Positions 51,368 through 60,524 of a stretch of DNA of 64,000 nucleotides are shown piece by piece. The position numbers were made by a program, and so were the translations under genes. The notes beneath the pieces were generated by a model. That model did not search any database, had not been told where the DNA came from, and saw nothing but the letters and a program-made list of their open reading frames with translations. How positions within the stretch are numbered: the first letter of the stretch is position 1; each line of letters starts with the position of its first letter. This stretch comes from Nitrospirota bacterium (GTDB taxonomy: Bacteria; Patescibacteriota; Gracilibacteria; UBA1369; LOWO2-01-FULL-3), in NCBI GenBank assembly GCA_043816165.1, contig JBDRIE010000033.1, positions 7,064-71,063 of the forward strand, read 5' to 3'.

Positions 51368-52049
51368 ATTTATATCTTCGAATTCTGAATTTTCGAGAAG
51401 AAAAGCCGACGAACTCATCCAAAACGGCAAGGTTTTCATTAACAATAAAAAAGTTCAAACACTTGGAACCCAAATTGATCCGGACAAAGACAAAATAGAA
51501 ATAAACGGAAAAATAATTAATCATAAATCCGAAAAAATCTACCTCGCACTAAACAAACCAGCCGACCACATAACGACAAGAAGCGACGATTTCAACAGAA
51601 AAACCGTAATGGACTTAGTTCCAAAAATCCCCAATCTAAAACCGGTAGGACGGCTCGACAAAGACACCGAAGGCCTCCTCCTCTTTTCAAACGACGGCGA
51701 ATTCATAAACAAATACACTCATCCAAAATATGAATGTGAAAAAGAGTATTTTGGTAAAATTTCAGGACTCATTTCCGATGAAAAAATATCAAAACTCGAA
51801 AACGGAATAATAATAGACAACAAAAAAACCTCAAAAGCAAAAATAAAAATAATAAAACGTTCAAAAATTCAAACAACCCTTACAATAACAATTCATGAGG
51901 GACGCAACAGACAAATCAGAAAAATGTTTGCCTCGCTAGGCAACGATGTGAAATACTTACAGAGAATGCGCATTGGAAAAATATCACTCGGCCCTCTAAA
52001 AAAAGGACAATACAGAAAATTAACCACCCAAGAAATAAATGCTAACTAG
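51342..52049 (+). CDS. rRNA pseudouridine synthase (RsuA/RluB family)
   Basis: S4 domain RLNKFIS..SRRKADELI, GRLDKDTEGLLL, EGRNRQIRKM. Confidence 0.93.
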   Translation: MRLKIRLNKFISSNSEFSRRKADELIQNGKVFINNKKVQTLGTQIDPDKDKIEINGKIINHKSEKIYLALNKPADHITTRSDDFNRKTVMDLVPKIPNLKPVGRLDKDTEGLLLFSNDGEFINKYTHPKYECEKEYFGKISGLISDEKISKLENGIIIDNKKTSKAKIKIIKRSKIQTTLTITIHEGRNRQIRKMFASLGNDVKYLQRMRIGKISLGPLKKGQYRKLTTQEINAN

Positions 52050-52926
52050 TTTTATAAGTCTATACATAGCCGCAACAATGCCACCTGACATCATACCGCA
52101 GGAGGAGCTTACTCCATCAACATTTGATATATCAGAACTCCTATCAACCAAAACTCTTGAACCGGTAAAAGATCCGCTTTTCATTTCTCCAATCATAGAA
52201 GCAAAATCCAGCATCTCCATAGACATGGCATCTGACAAAATTTTATTCGAAAAAAACGCTCACGAAAGACTACCTATAGCTTCAATTACAAAACTAATGA
52301 CACTAACGATTGTAACTGAAGAAAACGACCCAACAGAAGTTGTCACAATTAGCAATTACGCGGCAAACATCGAAGGTTCTCAAATGTACCTCAGAGCCGG
52401 TGAACAAATTTCTTTAGAAAACCTACTCTACGGCGCAATTATCCACTCCGCAAATGACGCGGCAGTAGCTCTCGCAGAGCACAATGCAGGATCAGTCGAC
52501 GCCTTTGTCGAAAAAATGAATAAAAAAGCTCAAGAATTCGGACTTGAAAATACAAATTATTCAAACCCAATAGGCCTCGACGATTACAACAACTATTCTT
52601 CCTCATATGACATAGCAATACTCTCAAAACACATTTACCAAAACCAATTTGTAAGACATGCCGCCAAACTAAAAGAATTAGAAGTAAAATCAGTAGACGG
52701 AACATATTCCCACTTACTTCAATCCACAAACGCTCTGCTAGGCAACGAATATCTCAATATAAAAGGATTAAAAACCGGAAAAACAGATGGAGCAGGACTA
52801 TGTCTAGTCGCAGTAGCAGAAACAGACACAGGTAACGAAATAATCACAGTAGTACTCAACAGTCCGGACAGATTCTACGAAACAAAAATCCTCGTAGACT
52901 GGATTTTCAGAGCGTATACCTGGTAA
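52039..52926 (+). CDS. D-Ala-D-Ala carboxypeptidase (peptidase S11)
   Basis: SxxK (ASITK), SxN (SAND), KTG. Confidence 0.93.
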   Translation: MLTSFISLYIAATMPPDIIPQEELTPSTFDISELLSTKTLEPVKDPLFISPIIEAKSSISIDMASDKILFEKNAHERLPIASITKLMTLTIVTEENDPTEVVTISNYAANIEGSQMYLRAGEQISLENLLYGAIIHSANDAAVALAEHNAGSVDAFVEKMNKKAQEFGLENTNYSNPIGLDDYNNYSSSYDIAILSKHIYQNQFVRHAAKLKELEVKSVDGTYSHLLQSTNALLGNEYLNIKGLKTGKTDGAGLCLVAVAETDTGNEIITVVLNSPDRFYETKILVDWIFRAYTW

Positions 52927-52938
52927 AATCCCCCCAAC

Positions 52939-54009
52939 ATGGAATTCACAAACTATTCAGAAACAATAGAGAATTTAGTAATATTAGCCGGTTCAGGAAC
53001 CTTGGCCTTTTTGATATCCCTTGCCCTAACTCCATGGTTCACAAAACAATTAATCAAATTTCGCATAGGCAAACAGATAAGAGACAAAGCACTATCCGGA
53101 GAAGACTCCAGCCTCTTTAGTGCGCTCCACGCCAAAAAAAGCGGCACCCCAACAATGGGAGGACTACTCATCTGGGGGACAATTCTACTCACAGTAGCAA
53201 TCTCAATGATTCTCCAAAAAGCAGAAATAACAAAATACTCACTATTCAACAGAAACGAAACCTGGATTCCCCTCTTCACACTGGCAACCTGCGGAATTTT
53301 GGGAGCAGTTGACGACATTTTGAACGTGAAAGGCATTGGAAAAACCAAAGGACTAAGCGCAAAACTAAAACTCACATGGCTCACAATATTTTCGGCCGTT
53401 GGAGGATGGTGGTTTTTCAGTAAATTGGGATTTGACTCTATAAACATTCCAATTGTAGGTGTAGGACCAATCGAAGTTGGATGGTGGTACATTCCCATTT
53501 TCATCCTTGTAATAATTGCCACTGCAAATTCAGTAAATTTCACGGATGGACTGGATGGACTCGCAAGCGGCTTACTTATTATGGCATTTGGAGCATTTGG
53601 AATAATCGCATACGCAGAGGGTCTCCTAATCCTTGCAACACTCTGTATGGTTATTGTAGGAGCCCTTCTGGCCTTCCTTTGGTTCAATATTCCCCCCGCA
53701 AAATTCTATATGGGTGACACAGGATCTCTTGCCTTGGGAGCCACGCTGGGGGTCATAGCAATGCTCACGGGTCAAACTCTCGTTTTGCCAATAATTGGAT
53801 TCATATTCGTCATCGAAACAATTTCTGTAATAATCCAACTTGTCTCAAAGAAACTTTTCAAAAGAAAAGTATTCAAAATTGCACCTATCCATCACCACTT
53901 TGAACAATCCGGATGGACAGAATCCACAGTAGTAATGAGATTCTGGATTGCAGGTGGAATAATGACTGTATTTGGAACAATCCTCGGTCTAATAAATGTT
54001 TTCTTTTAA
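52939..54009 (+). CDS. mraY: Phospho-MurNAc-pentapeptide transferase
   Basis: KSGTPTMGG, NFTDGLDGL, MGDTGS, APIHHHFE. Confidence 0.97.
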   Translation: MEFTNYSETIENLVILAGSGTLAFLISLALTPWFTKQLIKFRIGKQIRDKALSGEDSSLFSALHAKKSGTPTMGGLLIWGTILLTVAISMILQKAEITKYSLFNRNETWIPLFTLATCGILGAVDDILNVKGIGKTKGLSAKLKLTWLTIFSAVGGWWFFSKLGFDSINIPIVGVGPIEVGWWYIPIFILVIIATANSVNFTDGLDGLASGLLIMAFGAFGIIAYAEGLLILATLCMVIVGALLAFLWFNIPPAKFYMGDTGSLALGATLGVIAMLTGQTLVLPIIGFIFVIETISVIIQLVSKKLFKRKVFKIAPIHHHFEQSGWTESTVVMRFWIAGGIMTVFGTILGLINVFF

Positions 54010-54010
54010 A

Positions 54011-55765
54011 TTATGGGGCCAACAAAGGAGAAAGAGGTTTATCCCCTTCAATTATTACTCCATAATCAGCTTCAATAACCGGCTCTGACACATCAGTTGT
54101 ATCACCAATTCCTACCACGATATCTTCAATTTCACTGTCGGTAACAATTTTCACATCCGTATTCATTTCATCCAATAACTTCATTCCACTTTTTACATCA
54201 TCAAGTAGTTCGTTTTTCAAATCCCCCTCCTTCTCATCATCGATCGAATCGATAACTTTAATCATATTATCAACATCTTTCTTATATCCATCCAGGATTT
54301 GCTTGGCCAGATCAGAATCTCCTTTTTCAAGAGCATCTTCAACTTCTGACAATTTTGAAAGCCCCTGCTTACTCTTCACAATCATTTCCTCATTCAAATT
54401 ATTCGCTACCAAAACCTCCAAATCTTCAACAGCTGCCTTAATCCCATATGAAGGTGAATCCGGCAAAACAAGACTTAAATTCTTCTTCTGTAAGAGTAAT
54501 TTATCCACGACATACTGTTCCAATTCTTCAGCATATTCATAATCTGTAATTCTAACATTCTCAACAAAATTCACATATTCAACAACAATATTGGAATAAG
54601 TGGAAATCGCCTGCTCAACAGCAACCTTATCTTCAATAGTAATATTTGCATCATTCAACTTAACTTCAGCAGCAATAAGCTTCTTTTCAGCCAAATCAAG
54701 TTGCATTTTAATTGCCTTTACATCATCAAATGTTAAAAAAAGCAAAGCACTTTCAGTCAAAGAATTTTCTCCATCAAATCCATCCTCAACATTAACGCCT
54801 GAAGATTCAACTTTAGCAGCTAACAATGTCTCACCGACTTCCGCTATATAAACTCTATCAGTATCAAGATTTTCTTTCACCCAATCTGACTCTTTTACTT
54901 CTTTTGCAATCTTCGTGACTTCAACATTGTTTTCTTGGTTAAGCACTGCTTTCTGACCACTCACAACAGTCTCTACTTCATGAGCTGTAACCACATCCAC
55001 AACGTTCTTGTAAACATCAACCTCAACTTCCATATTATCGACACTCACATTAAATGCCGCTTTCTTAGTAGCAGTAAAAATATCTGAAGATTGAACTACA
55101 AAAGATGATTTTTTTTCAACAAGATTCAAAACCTTCGACCACATATTTCCATTAATCAAATCAATTTCAACATAACTTATAACAGTACTTCCCACCGGTC
55201 GATGAAGTACGTCTATCAAAATCTCCGTATCGCCAGACAATCGACTAACGCTATCGTCAAAAAATTTTACAGTAGCCTTTCCATCAGCTCCCGTAATAAT
55301 CCTATCCTTTTCATAAAGCCTCATATCCTCTTCCAACTCTATCATTTCCCCGTCCCTCTCAATATGAACTTCACCTTCAAATGAATCCAAAGTTGTAAAT
55401 TCACTGGCATAAACAACATTATTACTTACCCCCATGAACATAAACATCGTAAATGTCATAAAGAAAAGCATTGCCGCCGCTATAAATTTCTTTTGGAAAA
55501 GGAAAAAATTGGTGATTATAAATCTCTTTTGTTGTGTTTTTTCTATTAATACAAAAACATTCTCTTTAATTCGAGCCCGTAAAACAGCTCCCAAACTAAA
55601 TCTAGCACCATGATGCTGGATAGCTTTTACGAGCGGAACCTCCAACTGAGACTGAATTCTACTTTTAAGAGCAAGCTTCCTTGCCTCATCAAGTTTAGGT
55701 TTTTGAACCCCTTTTAAAGTTTCACCTAAAGCTTTCAGTACTAGTTGTTCTTGATTGTCCTCCAT
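54011..55765 (-). CDS. Putative anti-sigma factor (TM, FecR-like domain, helical region)
   Basis: GEVHIERDG..D.IITG.DGKA...FFDDSVSRLSGDT; directly downstream of the ECF sigma gene. Confidence 0.75.
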   Translation of the reverse strand: MEDNQEQLVLKALGETLKGVQKPKLDEARKLALKSRIQSQLEVPLVKAIQHHGARFSLGAVLRARIKENVFVLIEKTQQKRFIITNFFLFQKKFIAAAMLFFMTFTMFMFMGVSNNVVYASEFTTLDSFEGEVHIERDGEMIELEEDMRLYEKDRIITGADGKATVKFFDDSVSRLSGDTEILIDVLHRPVGSTVISYVEIDLINGNMWSKVLNLVEKKSSFVVQSSDIFTATKKAAFNVSVDNMEVEVDVYKNVVDVVTAHEVETVVSGQKAVLNQENNVEVTKIAKEVKESDWVKENLDTDRVYIAEVGETLLAAKVESSGVNVEDGFDGENSLTESALLFLTFDDVKAIKMQLDLAEKKLIAAEVKLNDANITIEDKVAVEQAISTYSNIVVEYVNFVENVRITDYEYAEELEQYVVDKLLLQKKNLSLVLPDSPSYGIKAAVEDLEVLVANNLNEEMIVKSKQGLSKLSEVEDALEKGDSDLAKQILDGYKKDVDNMIKVIDSIDDEKEGDLKNELLDDVKSGMKLLDEMNTDVKIVTDSEIEDIVVGIGDTTDVSEPVIEADYGVIIEGDKPLSPLLAP

Positions 55766-55815
55766 ATTATTGTTTAATACAGCTTTGCAAACGCTAATTT
55801 ATGCTTACTGTTACA

Positions 55816-56400
55816 CTAGAATTCGTACTTGATCCCCATGTCCAGCATTTCCTTTTTTAGTGCTTTCAACGCTCTATGCTGAAGTATCCTCAAACTACCT
55901 TCACTTTTACCCAAAATATCCGCTATTTCAGTATTAGTAAGCTCATTAATAAATTTATACAAAATTATATCTTGATAACTTTGTTTCAAGTTTTTCATAG
56001 CACCCTTCAAATTCTCCTTGTCTAATGTCCGCTCAGCCATACGAATAGCATTGTGTTCCCTATCATGAGTAGGAACATCTATACCTAATTCACTAAATTC
56101 ACGATCTTTTCTTGATCTGTAATAATCAACCACAAGATTATGCGCAATTCTGTACAGCCACGCTGAAAACGAGTTCTTTTTTTTCACTTTGTATTTATCA
56201 ATATTCTCCCAAACTTTCAAAAACACAATCTCTACCAAATCCTCCGCATCCGTTGATTTAACACGATAAAACACATATCGATATATCTGATCGATAAAAA
56301 GATCATAAAGTTGCGAAAACGCGTCATGGTCACCTTCCTTCACCAGAAGAACCAAGGCTTCTACTTTAGCTTTCTTGTTTTTCTTCTCATCATTTGACAT
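55816..56400 (-). CDS. ECF sigma factor
   Basis: GDHDAFSQLY, DAEDLVEIVFLKVW, FSAWLYRIAHN, EIADILGKSEGS..HRA. Confidence 0.93.
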   Translation of the reverse strand: MSNDEKKNKKAKVEALVLLVKEGDHDAFSQLYDLFIDQIYRYVFYRVKSTDAEDLVEIVFLKVWENIDKYKVKKKNSFSAWLYRIAHNLVVDYYRSRKDREFSELGIDVPTHDREHNAIRMAERTLDKENLKGAMKNLKQSYQDIILYKFINELTNTEIADILGKSEGSLRILQHRALKALKKEMLDMGIKYEF

Positions 56401-56531
56401 TACAAAAAGTTAACCGAGCATGAGTACTAAACATCAAAACTATGAAAAAGTCAACACACGAACAAGCGTGTTGAAAAAATCGAAAAAAACCATTACATTT
56501 CTTTCGACCAATATTTTTTAACTCATTTATC

Positions 56532-56954
56532 ATGGCGATCACAAAGGAAGAATTTATTAAGGAACTAAACAAAGACCTCGAATACGAATACGCTGCCGCT
56601 ATACAATACGTACAACACTCTTCAGTTATTACGGGACCGGAGTATGATGCTATTGCCAAAGAGCTGATAGTTCACTCTAATGAAGAAATGGCTCATGCTA
56701 TTTCTATTGCAACAGCCATCTCAGATTTGGGAGGAACTCCAACTATAGATGTAGACGAAAGACACGTTTCAGAAAATTCAAAAGTAATGCTGGAACAAGA
56801 CCTGGAAGGTGAAGAAACTGCAATCAGACGCTACAAAGAAAGAGTAATGCAAGCAGAAGAACTTGGTGAATACGGAATCCGACGTGTACTTGAAGACGTT
56901 CTAATGCAAGAAGAAGAACACCGAAGAGATATCCTAAGTTCTTTAGGAAGATAA
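56532..56954 (+). CDS. Bacterioferritin/ferritin-like di-iron protein
   Basis: EYAAAIQY, EEMAHA, EETAIRRY, EEEH. Confidence 0.88.
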   Translation: MAITKEEFIKELNKDLEYEYAAAIQYVQHSSVITGPEYDAIAKELIVHSNEEMAHAISIATAISDLGGTPTIDVDERHVSENSKVMLEQDLEGEETAIRRYKERVMQAEELGEYGIRRVLEDVLMQEEEHRRDILSSLGR

Positions 56955-57869
56955 ATACTCTTCGCATCTCTTCACCTCATCCTTACTCCCTATAAAAATT
57001 GGAGTTCTTTGATCTAACTTTTCTACCACCTTTTCCAAAATCCGCATTTTCCCATCAGTTGAAGCCCCACCAGCATGTTCCATTAACAAACTCATCGGTG
57101 CGCACTCAAACAAAAGCCTCAATTTTCCATCGGGAGCATCTTTGTATCCAGGATAAGAGAAAATCCCATTACCTTTCAGAAGAATTTGATTAATATCAGG
57201 AACCATTCCTCCGCTATATCGCAACGTATATTGCTCTTTCATCCAATAATTCACGAGCTTCAAATAATCCTCACGCACAGCACTCGCTCTCAAATTCCCG
57301 GGAGCAAACATTTTCCCTTCGCCGACATGAATATCACGATTATTCATCACAAATTCACCTTTATCGTCCATCTGAAACTTCACAACTCCTTTTTTCACGG
57401 TCAAAATAATAGTTGTGCTCGGCCCATAAACAGCAATCATCGACGCCAGCTGATCATCACCCTTCACTCCAATAAAAGTATCGGTCTTGTAAATTCCAAC
57501 AATCGTTCCAACAGCCAAATTCACATCAACCAACGACGAACCATCCAAAGGATCATAACAAGCACCATATTCCCCTTTCGAAGACCCCGCCGTGGCGGCG
57601 GCTCCAACGTCCATTTCATCAGGCAACTCCTCAGACGCAACCACACCCACATATTCATTTTTCTTGAACAATTCCTCCAAAATTTTGTCGCTCAAAACAT
57701 CCAAAGCCAGCTGTTCCTCCCCATAAATATTCTCAGTCCCGGCTTTTCCCTTATCAGAAATCTTTATCGCCTCGGCAATACTTGCTACCGCCTCCTTCAA
57801 AGTCATAAAAATCGAATGAAGTTCGTCAGAAACTCCAACTTCCTTCAAATATTCGCTTAAAGTCTGCAT
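56943..57869 (-). CDS. fbp: Fructose-1,6-bisphosphatase class I
   Basis: ASEE, DPLDGSS, RYSGGMVPD, KLRLLFEC. Confidence 0.95.
   Translation of the reverse strand: MQTLSEYLKEVGVSDELHSIFMTLKEAVASIAEAIKISDKGKAGTENIYGEEQLALDVLSDKILEELFKKNEYVGVVASEELPDEMDVGAAATAGSSKGEYGACYDPLDGSSLVDVNLAVGTIVGIYKTDTFIGVKGDDQLASMIAVYGPSTTIILTVKKGVVKFQMDDKGEFVMNNRDIHVGEGKMFAPGNLRASAVREDYLKLVNYWMKEQYTLRYSGGMVPDINQILLKGNGIFSYPGYKDAPDGKLRLLFECAPMSLLMEHAGGASTDGKMRILEKVVEKLDQRTPIFIGSKDEVKRCEEYLSS
57578..57603 (-). repeat. CCGCC-AC-GGCGG palindrome in frame within fbp
   Basis: Minus-strand CCGCCACGGCGGGGT is identical to rnpB 13532-13546; encodes part of AAATAGSS. Confidence 0.75.
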
Positions 57870-57873
57870 AATA

Positions 57874-58878
57874 TTAATGGTTAAACCACCTTAATAAATC
57901 TTGAATTCTACTCACATATCCCCATTCATTATCATACCAAGCAATCACTTTCACAAAACCATCAGACATCACTTTTGTGCACAATGTATCAATAATCGAT
58001 GAACGGCTATCTTTCCTAAAATCCACTGAAACCAAAGGTTCATCCTCAGTTCCCAAAATCCCTTTCATATCACCTTTTTCATATTTCTTGAAAGCTCCAT
58101 TCACATCCTCCACACTCACGCTTTCCTTAAGCTTCGCCACCACATCCAAACAAGAAACAGTAGGAATTGGTACACGGAATGCCATCCCATCAACTTTTCC
58201 TTCAAGAGCGGGGATCACACGACCGAGAGACTTCATAGCCCCTGTAGTTGTAGGAATTATTGACTCCGTAGTCGCACGAGCACGCCGAAAATCTTTCGGA
58301 TTCGAATTATCAAGTAAGTTTTGGGTAAATGTAAACGCATGAATTGTAGTCACAAATGAAGTCTCAACCCCAAAAGTTTCATGCAATACTTTCATTACCG
58401 GAGCCAGACAATTGGTAGTACAGGAAGCATTTGAAATCACTTTAAAATCTTTTGGATCAAACTCTTTTTCGTTCACTCCCATCACAATATTTGGAACATC
58501 AAGATCCTTGCTGGGAGCGGTAATCAAAACTTTTTTCGCCCCGGCTTGCAAGTGCTTTTCCACATCTGCACGAGCCGTAAATTTTCCCGTAGATTCAATC
58601 ACCACATCAATATCATGCTTTGCCCAATCGAGATCCGCCGGATCCTTTATCTGATAAACATGTACCAATTTCCCATTCACCTTCAAATTATCCCCATCCA
58701 CCTGAATATCAGCATCGCATTTCCCATAAAGAGAATCGTGCTTCAATAAATGCGCATGAGAATCCGCCTCAGCTCGACTATTAATAGCTACAACTTCAAT
58801 ATCATCAGTTTCCAAAGCTTGTCTGTGAAAATCACGACCAATTCGACCATATCCATTAATTGCAATTTTTATCGGCAT
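57874..58878 (-). CDS. gap: Glyceraldehyde-3-phosphate dehydrogenase, probably NADP-preferring (GapB-like)
   Basis: [23 protein letters not shown]; AINSR instead of AINDL and LDNS in the S-loop. Start at ATG 58878. Confidence 0.93.
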   Translation of the reverse strand: MPIKIAINGYGRIGRDFHRQALETDDIEVVAINSRAEADSHAHLLKHDSLYGKCDADIQVDGDNLKVNGKLVHVYQIKDPADLDWAKHDIDVVIESTGKFTARADVEKHLQAGAKKVLITAPSKDLDVPNIVMGVNEKEFDPKDFKVISNASCTTNCLAPVMKVLHETFGVETSFVTTIHAFTFTQNLLDNSNPKDFRRARATTESIIPTTTGAMKSLGRVIPALEGKVDGMAFRVPIPTVSCLDVVAKLKESVSVEDVNGAFKKYEKGDMKGILGTEDEPLVSVDFRKDSRSSIIDTLCTKVMSDGFVKVIAWYDNEWGYVSRIQDLLRWFNH

Positions 58879-58921
58879 TTCCGTTAGTTGGTTATTTGAT
58901 AAGCTCACTTCGGCTCCATAA

Positions 58922-59017
58922 CCCCGCCAGGGCGGGGATTCTTCGCCTTATTCGCGGGTCGCTCCCCTTCGGGGGCCAGCGACATGACCCTTCGGGCCTT
59001 CGCGCCATGCGCTCGCA
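58922..59017 (-). repeat. GC-rich hairpin cluster spanning the aldolase C-terminus and intergenic region
   Basis: CCCCGCC-AG-GGCGGGG (58922-58937); minus strand GCCC-GAA-GGGT and GTCGCT..CCCC-GAA-GGGG-AGCGAC. Confidence 0.75.
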
Positions 59018-60042
59018 TATAATTCCGATTTTCCGCTACCCAAAAATGCATCCCGCATCATCATAGCAACGTGCTGCGTCATTGCCTTTTCGGCTTCGGT
59101 GAAATCGAGTTTATCCCATTCTTCTTCAAACTGATCTAATACTTTTCGACGTGGACGACCCAACTCTTCACCTCTCTTATCCATTCTATCAAGCAATTCT
59201 TGTGGAAAATGTTTAAACCAAATGTCAGAAATACTTGTAGCATAGTTAAACTTACGTGCCCCGTTCTCAACACACTTATTGAAAACTTCAGGAGTCAACC
59301 CGCTACCTCCATGCATTACACCATAAGCGCTCAAAGGTCGAACCATTAAGCATATTTCCTTTATTCGATCAAAACCAATAATAGGCTGCTTCAAATAGTT
59401 TCCATGCCCATTCCCAACAAAGAATGCAATCGCATCCGCCTCGGTTTCCTCAATAAGCCTCTTACAATCTTCCGCTTTTGAATAATACTGAGTAATGGTC
59501 TCTTCCACATTCGGATCCGCAAGTGCCGCAGCATTTCCGATTTCCCCATCCTCAACTTCCAGAGAAATCCCCAGAGGATGAATACGAGCCGCAACTTCCT
59601 TACATTTAGCTATATTTTCGTCTAATGGATACTTGGACAAATCAACCTCAGCTGAAGAAAACCCAGCTTCGATTGTTCTTTGGATACATCCATCAACATC
59701 TTTTTGAATATGATCATGATGAAGACAAACCGGAACGCTATATCCATACTTTTCAATCATTTTTTCGATTGCAGGATAAGCAAAGCCGGCCAATCTCTCC
59801 GGTGACATATTACAATAAACCGCCTCACTCTCAGCAATTTCCAGAATCACAGGAGACTTCTCCTGCCAAGCCGCCTCAAGAACAGCATTTAATATAAATC
59901 GACTCCTCGCATTACACGCAGGAATTCCAAATCCGTGCTCATCCGCAACAGATAGAAGAGTTTGCAAATTAGACAAAGTGTATCCCCCAGTCATTTCTCG
60001 CACATGAGGATTATTTGCCTTAGAAAATTCAGCAACCACCAT
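58948..60042 (-). CDS. fba: Class II fructose-bisphosphate aldolase
   Basis: CLHHDH, GNGHG, MHGGSG, KFNYAT; in an operon with gap and fbp. Confidence 0.9.
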   Translation of the reverse strand: MVVAEFSKANNPHVREMTGGYTLSNLQTLLSVADEHGFGIPACNARSRFILNAVLEAAWQEKSPVILEIAESEAVYCNMSPERLAGFAYPAIEKMIEKYGYSVPVCLHHDHIQKDVDGCIQRTIEAGFSSAEVDLSKYPLDENIAKCKEVAARIHPLGISLEVEDGEIGNAAALADPNVEETITQYYSKAEDCKRLIEETEADAIAFFVGNGHGNYLKQPIIGFDRIKEICLMVRPLSAYGVMHGGSGLTPEVFNKCVENGARKFNYATSISDIWFKHFPQELLDRMDKRGEELGRPRRKVLDQFEEEWDKLDFTEAEKAMTQHVAMMMRDAFLGSGKSELYASAWREGPKGHVAGPRRGATRE

Positions 60043-60129
60043 AGTCTATAGGTTTATGAAATAAATGCCCTTTAAAAGCCGATTCGAGAATAATAGAATC
60101 CCTTAATAAACTCAACTTAAAATTATCAT

Positions 60130-60483
60130 CTATTTACTGGCAATCGCCGTATCGCTGTTCATATAAACGATTTGATTTGGTTTTTTCATTGACTGAACCT
60201 TCGAAGATTGCTGAATGTAATTTAGAGAACGAACTTGGGAGATTTGCATGTCCATCCTTTCGCTCTCCTTAACAATTTCCTGATGGGCAGACTCAAGAGA
60301 ATTAAGAACATAACCTTTTGTTACTTGTCGTGCTGAAAACATTAATGCTATCACCGTAATAAGCGCAACAAACACAACAAGAGAAGTAATCAGAAATGCA
60401 GGACCAAGCTCAAGTTTAGGAAATAACCGGCGAATTAAGCTTCGTCTGTATTCTGTACCTCGATTAAGAATGAGTTGTGACAT
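60130..60483 (-). CDS. FtsL-like cell division protein
   Basis: TM plus coiled coil directly downstream of rsmH. Confidence 0.7.
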   Translation of the reverse strand: MSQLILNRGTEYRRSLIRRLFPKLELGPAFLITSLVVFVALITVIALMFSARQVTKGYVLNSLESAHQEIVKESERMDMQISQVRSLNYIQQSSKVQSMKKPNQIVYMNSDTAIASK

Positions 60484-60524
60484 TTATTTTTAAGTGATAA
60501 GAATGAGTGAGTTTAGGGAGGAAC

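Noticed and set aside
57874-58878. Second GAPDH as erythrose-4-phosphate dehydrogenase (Epd)
   Set aside because: Context is fba/fbp, the T-x-T-Q and RRARA phosphate-site residues look GAPDH-like, and the cofactor-site residues fit GapB better.
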